Assembly (NCBI GenBank): GCA_049999805.1
Contig: JBNGIO010005989.1
Location: 1 to 37,650, forward strand
DNA: 37,650 nucleotides
Direction: 5' to 3'
From: Folioceros fuciformis
Lineage: Eukaryota
The notes under the pieces were generated by a model. The model had not been told where the DNA came from, searched no databases, and was given only the letters and a program-made list of their open reading frames with translations. Each line of letters starts with the position of its first letter. Position 1 is the stretch's first letter. This document shows, piece after piece, positions 33,101 to 37,650 of this stretch. Position numbers and translations under genes: made by a program.

Positions 33101-36100
33101 AGATAGGACGTGGGCTCTGGTTCCTGGGCCAAGGGTAAGTAGGCTAGCGGGCAGGCCAGAAGCAGGCGATTTCGGCCAGGCATCCAGGCAGTCGCTAGGT
33201 AGCTTGGCAACGGCTGCTGAGGAGCTGGCCGGCGCCCCAGCGGCAAGGGCAGCCTGCAGGTGGATCTAGGCAGCCGGGCAGTCGCCTAGGGTGGCCGATT
33301 GGTCAGGGGAGTCCTGGCCGGAGGGGGTGTCGATCGGCAGGCCGGCTGCCTACCGGATCCGGAAGCCAAGCACCGGCCTGGCTGCAGGAGCCCAAGCAGC
33401 CAGGCAGGCTAGCCTGGTCCTTAGGCAGGTGGATCTAGCAAGCAGCCAAGCCGAGCAGGCTGTCTGCCCGGCTAGATCTAGAGGCCGGAGGCCAGCTAGC
33501 GGCCTCTGGCTAGTCGACCTGGGCCAGCGGGCGGTGGCCAGGGGAATCGGGCAAGCGGGTTAGTGCAAGACGGCTACTTAACCAGGTGCGGGAGAAGCGG
33601 GCCGCCCTGTGGGCTGGCTGCCTAGCCAGATCCAGGTCGGGCTAGCCAGTAGGCAAGCTCAGGCACACGGGCAGGTTGGCTAGGGGGGGCTTGCCAGGTC
33701 CGGCTGACTTCCCAGCCAGATCTAGCCAGCCAGCGGGCTCAGGTGGCCCCCTGGCTGGATCAGGGGATGCATAGAGGGGTTGGCTCTTGGCGGACGAATC
33801 CAACAAGCTGCCAGGCTGATCAGGTTGGCTGCCTGACCGGATCCGGAAGGAGAGCAGGCTAGCTTGCGGCCTTTGGTAGGCGGCCGGCTGGGGGATATCC
33901 AGGCCGGGGAGGGATCCTGGCAAGTTGTTGGCCTAGCAGCAACTAGTTGAGGATCAGGCAGCCCTGCCCGGCCAGGCAGCCAGGCAAGGCTACCGGATCC
34001 TCAACCAGTTGCTGTTATGATCGATCAGGCAGCAAGGCGGCCGGGAAGCCGGACAGTCACTGGCTGCAGGAACCTAAGCAGCAGGCAGACAGGCCTGGAT
34101 CGTGGTGGGCAGGCGACCCTTGGGCAAACGCCCGACTGCTAGGCAGCCGAGACTGAATCGGGAGGCCGGCAAGTGGCTCAGTAGCTGCATGATCCGGGAG
34201 CAGGCTGGCGGATTCCGGCAGGCAGAGGCCGGTTTGCGGCCTCTGGGGATGGAGGAGCCCATGGCGGCTGGCCAAGTCGGGCTGCTAGCAGGCAAGCCGC
34301 CCGGCTTGCAGGAGCTGGCTGGGGTGGACTTGGGCCGGGCAACAGAGGCTGAGCCGGCCATCAGCGGCCAGCCAGCGGATCAGGCTGCAGGCCAAGCCAG
34401 GGGCGGCGCTGGACTTAAGCCAGGCAGGCCTCGGGCTGAGCGAGGAGGCAGCGAGGCAGACAGCCCGAGGACTAGCAGAGATCGTGCAGACGGCTAGCTG
34501 GTCTATGAGCAGGCGGGTTGTTGGCGGATTCGGAAAGCCTGGCTGGCCGCCTAGCCGGGTTGACGGGAGCAGATCGGGGCCGAATTCTGGTGGCGTGGTT
34601 AAGGATGGCTGTGGCTGCTCACGACGGGAGCCAGGCAACCTGGAGCACACAGGAGTAGCCGGCCTGTAGGTCTGCTAGCTGACTTGGGAGGCCGGCTGGT
34701 CGGGCTAGCCGAGCCGGCTGGTGGAACGGCGGCAGACAGACCTGGCCCGCTAGCAAGCAGTCAGGCAGCCGCCTAGCGACTGGCTAGGATGGATCTGGAT
34801 GGGTGCCAGGCAGGCGGCCTGGCTGATCAGCCACATAGCGGTTGGCCTGTAAAGGCCGGCTGTGGGCAGCAGCCAAGCCGGTGGCCGACCAATAGATCAG
34901 GTAGGGTCGGTGGTTGGAGGACCCAGCAGGCTGGCCAGGGTTGGATTCGAAGGCCGGGTAGCCGGCTGGGGCTGGCGACTGGCTGGGTTTAGACTGGTAG
35001 TGTGGCAAGCCAGGGGCGAGGTCGGATCCAAGCCAGGCAGGCCTCGGGTTGATCCGGGCCATGCTTGCAGTGCTGGCGGGCAAGTGAGGTTCAGGCCAGG
35101 CGGCCGCTGGCCAGCTACAGAGGCAGATCGGGACATAGCAGGATGGTTAGCTGATATGGGGGCAGAGCGCCTGGGGCTGGTTGGCTAGATGCAGCTGGAG
35201 GCAGGGCGGCGCTGAGTTCAGCCAGCTAGGACGGCACGGCTGGTTAACAGGGGAGTCTATTTACAAGGGGATGATCACTTAAGATCGGGCTGGCTGAACC
35301 AGGCACTGGTCGACCTGGCGAGCAGGCTGGAGGCTGACGGATCCGGGAGGCAGGAGGTCCGTCGAGCAGGCAAGGGGCCGGGTTGATCACCTAGTAGGGG
35401 TGGTTGCCGGTGGGATCCAGGTAGGCATAGGCACTCAAGGATGGCCAGGTCCGAAGGCAGGCCCCAATGACACTGTGGAGGGGTACCTTCTAGGTGCAGC
35501 AGTGGAAGTGTCTGGCCGAGCGGCCGGTGTGGAGTACCAGGTGCCCTCGCAGAAAGGGGAAAGACGGTGGCAAGGGTGTGCTTCATCTACTACTAGACGA
35601 TGGTTCCAGGCAAGAGTGTTGTCACTTTGATACACTCAAAATCACCAAGTGGGCTGCCAGGAGAATGAGTGCAGACGAAGCTGGGGGACACCACCCCAAC
35701 CAGAGGTGGTCGTTTGAAGGTAGAAAGCCCTTGGTACGGGCGTGCTCCTAGTGGGTGGGAAGCCCAGTGATAGTTATGTGGGCAGAGATGGTGGGTTGTT
35801 GCAGATGGTGGGTTGTCGCTTCCGATGCCAAGCCCACAAGGTGCTCATTCAGGGGCACTAGAGGGGTAGTTTTTCCGGGTCAGGGGTTCTTTTTCCGGGC
35901 CAGGGGTCTTGGCCAGCAGAGTGGAGGGAGGGACCTGAGGGCGAAGGGGTTGATTGTTGGTAGGGGCAACTAGTGTCCAGGAGGTTAGCGTTAGGCTTGG
36001 TTTAGGTGGGGTTAGGATTAGGTCATAATTAGGGTTAGGTTAGAGTTAGGTCTAGGTTAGAGGTAAGGGCGGCTTAGGTTAGAATTAGGGATAGGCTTAG

Positions 36101-37650
36101 GTCGGAGAGAGACTCTGGGCAGCAGACTGAGGCTAGCCCTAGTAGACAGAGATGGGGGTCCTGGGCCAGGGTAGTATAAGGGGGCCAGACCTGCTATTGA
36201 GGAAGGGGCGGTCTATGGCGTGATGTCCCCGGACTTTGTGGGCAGAACTCCTGGCTCAGGGCGCTGAGCCGGTTGAGATCGACCCAAAGTCCTGATTTCC
36301 CTTGCCACTAGGGGAACGTGGAGATCCCGGGACTGTCAAGATCCGTGTGGCCGGATCCGCAAGGGCTGCATGATTCGCAGGTTGGCTGAAGTGAAGGAAC
36401 AGGACCGTGAGCTGTAGGGCTATCCAGTCCTAGTATCCACACTATGCTTGAAGGCTGCAAGAAGTGAAGCCATTGTGTCCTAATTTCCAGGGGGGAAGCT
36501 GAAGAAAAGAGAGGAAGAGTTGGAGTGAAATGCATAGAAGTGAAGAGTGAGCTGCTGAAGTGTAGGAGTGTGTGTTGAAGTGGAGGGTGGAGGACTGAAG
36601 TGAAGAGGAAGGGACTGAAGTGGGAATCTTGAAGAGCTGAGGTGAAGGAGAAAGTGGCTGAAGTGGGAATCAAGAAGAGCTGAAGGACTGAAGAACAGGA
36701 GTGTGAGTTGGGCGAGCTGACTTAGGGGGTAGGCTAGGCTTCTAGCCTTTTTGTTGTGAGTGTATGGACAGACCTATAGACCAGCTGATAGGTAGAAGTG
36801 TGATAGGTAGCGTTCCTTGGCACTAGTTCACTTCCTTGGGAGCGAACCATAGGACTGCAACGACAATAGGGGAATGTGTGGCCCCTTGGGTGGTTCTTGG
36901 GTGCAAGAAATCACTCCACACCGGGCAATCCCTAGCTCCTTACAATAATCCTGAAACTGGTTCGAAGTGTACTCAGCTCCACCATCACTACGCAGGGCTT
37001 TGAGAAGTTCACTAGTTTGACGTTGAGCATAAGACAGGTATTCCTGGAAACAGCCGAAAGTTTGGCTTTTCTCCTTGATAAGATAGATGACGGCGTATCT
37101 GCTCCAGTCGTCCACAAAGGAAAGCATGTAGAGAGCACCGCCCATAGATGGAACAGACATAGGGCCACACAGGTCGGTATGGACCAACTCCAACAGTTTT
37201 GCGGCTCTTGTAGGATTCTCATCCTTGTATGGGAGTCAGTGATGTTTGCCGAAAACGCATGCCTCACAAAACTGTTTTTCAGCAAATTGAAGCATAAACT
37301 TCTCCCTGTATAAAGTATTGCTAGCCACCATGGTCTGCAACTTGTCAAAGTTGACATGACCAAGACGGCAGTGCCACAGCATGGACAGATCCTTTTGCTT
37401 GGAGTTGTGAGTAAAAAGAACACGTGCTGCTGTGGACTTGAGACCTAGCTTAGAAGTGATGTTAAGCTGATATAGGTCATGAAGAGGTGTCCCCTTAGCC
37501 AATATTTTATTTTTATACTGTGGGTCTGTGATGACACAGTGCAGCCCAGAAAAGGACACATCAAGCACATGTTGAGAGGTAAGTTTGCGGATAGATACTA
37601 GATTCTTGACCATAGAGGGTACATGCAGGACATCTAGTAAATGCAAAGTG
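30118..37650 (-). mobile_element. Degenerate Ty1/copia element E (integrase-RT-RNase H-3' LTR 30118-30363), interrupted by a 4-kb insertion and running off the window
   Basis: Integrase at 37646-36921 resumes at ~32941 (GIAR|*VTVPY). RT 31024-31971 (YVDDA). RNase H 30463-30960. PPT taagtgggag. LTR bounded by TAAAGAT...ATCTTTA. Confidence 0.93.
32947..36920. mobile_element. 3974-bp TG...CA insertion, probable giant solo LTR
   Basis: Termini TGTGGA...TCCACA. Flanks caggg (32942-32946) and ccggg (36921-36925) form a 5-bp TSD with one mismatch. Removing it restores the host integrase frame. GC-rich, non-coding, no internal direct terminal repeats seen. Confidence 0.8.

Noticed and set aside
33291-35973. 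Numerous short ORFs on both strands
   Set aside because: By-product of high GC. No domains, and they lie within a TG...CA non-coding insertion.

Overview
Nuclear genomic DNA from an early-diverging land plant. A hornwort is most likely and a fern or lycophyte is possible; this is inferred from DYW:KP-type PPR genes ending in GRP and from short introns. A gene island of about 11 kb (9.6-20.5 kb) sits between nests of degenerate Ty1/copia LTR retrotransposons. The island holds (i) a 3-exon gene for a predicted organelle-targeted protein with one OSB-type 'PDF' ssDNA-binding motif followed by an unrecognised helical/Pro-rich repeat region; (ii) two intact, intronless, head-to-head PLS-class PPR genes with E1-E2-DYW:KP (HAE...CxxC...GRP) domains, the clade associated with reverse U-to-C organellar RNA editing; (iii) two pseudogene fragments of the same PPR family. 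The most striking observation is that one PPR editing factor carries an N-terminal OSB PDF motif. That motif is cleanly absent from its adjacent paralog, and a stand-alone PDF-motif gene lies directly next door. The flanks contain at least six copia fragments, LTRs with non-canonical TA...TA ends, a 4-kb TG...CA insertion (probable solo LTR) with a 5-bp TSD, and several minisatellites. All family assignments come from motif recognition by eye, not from database searches.
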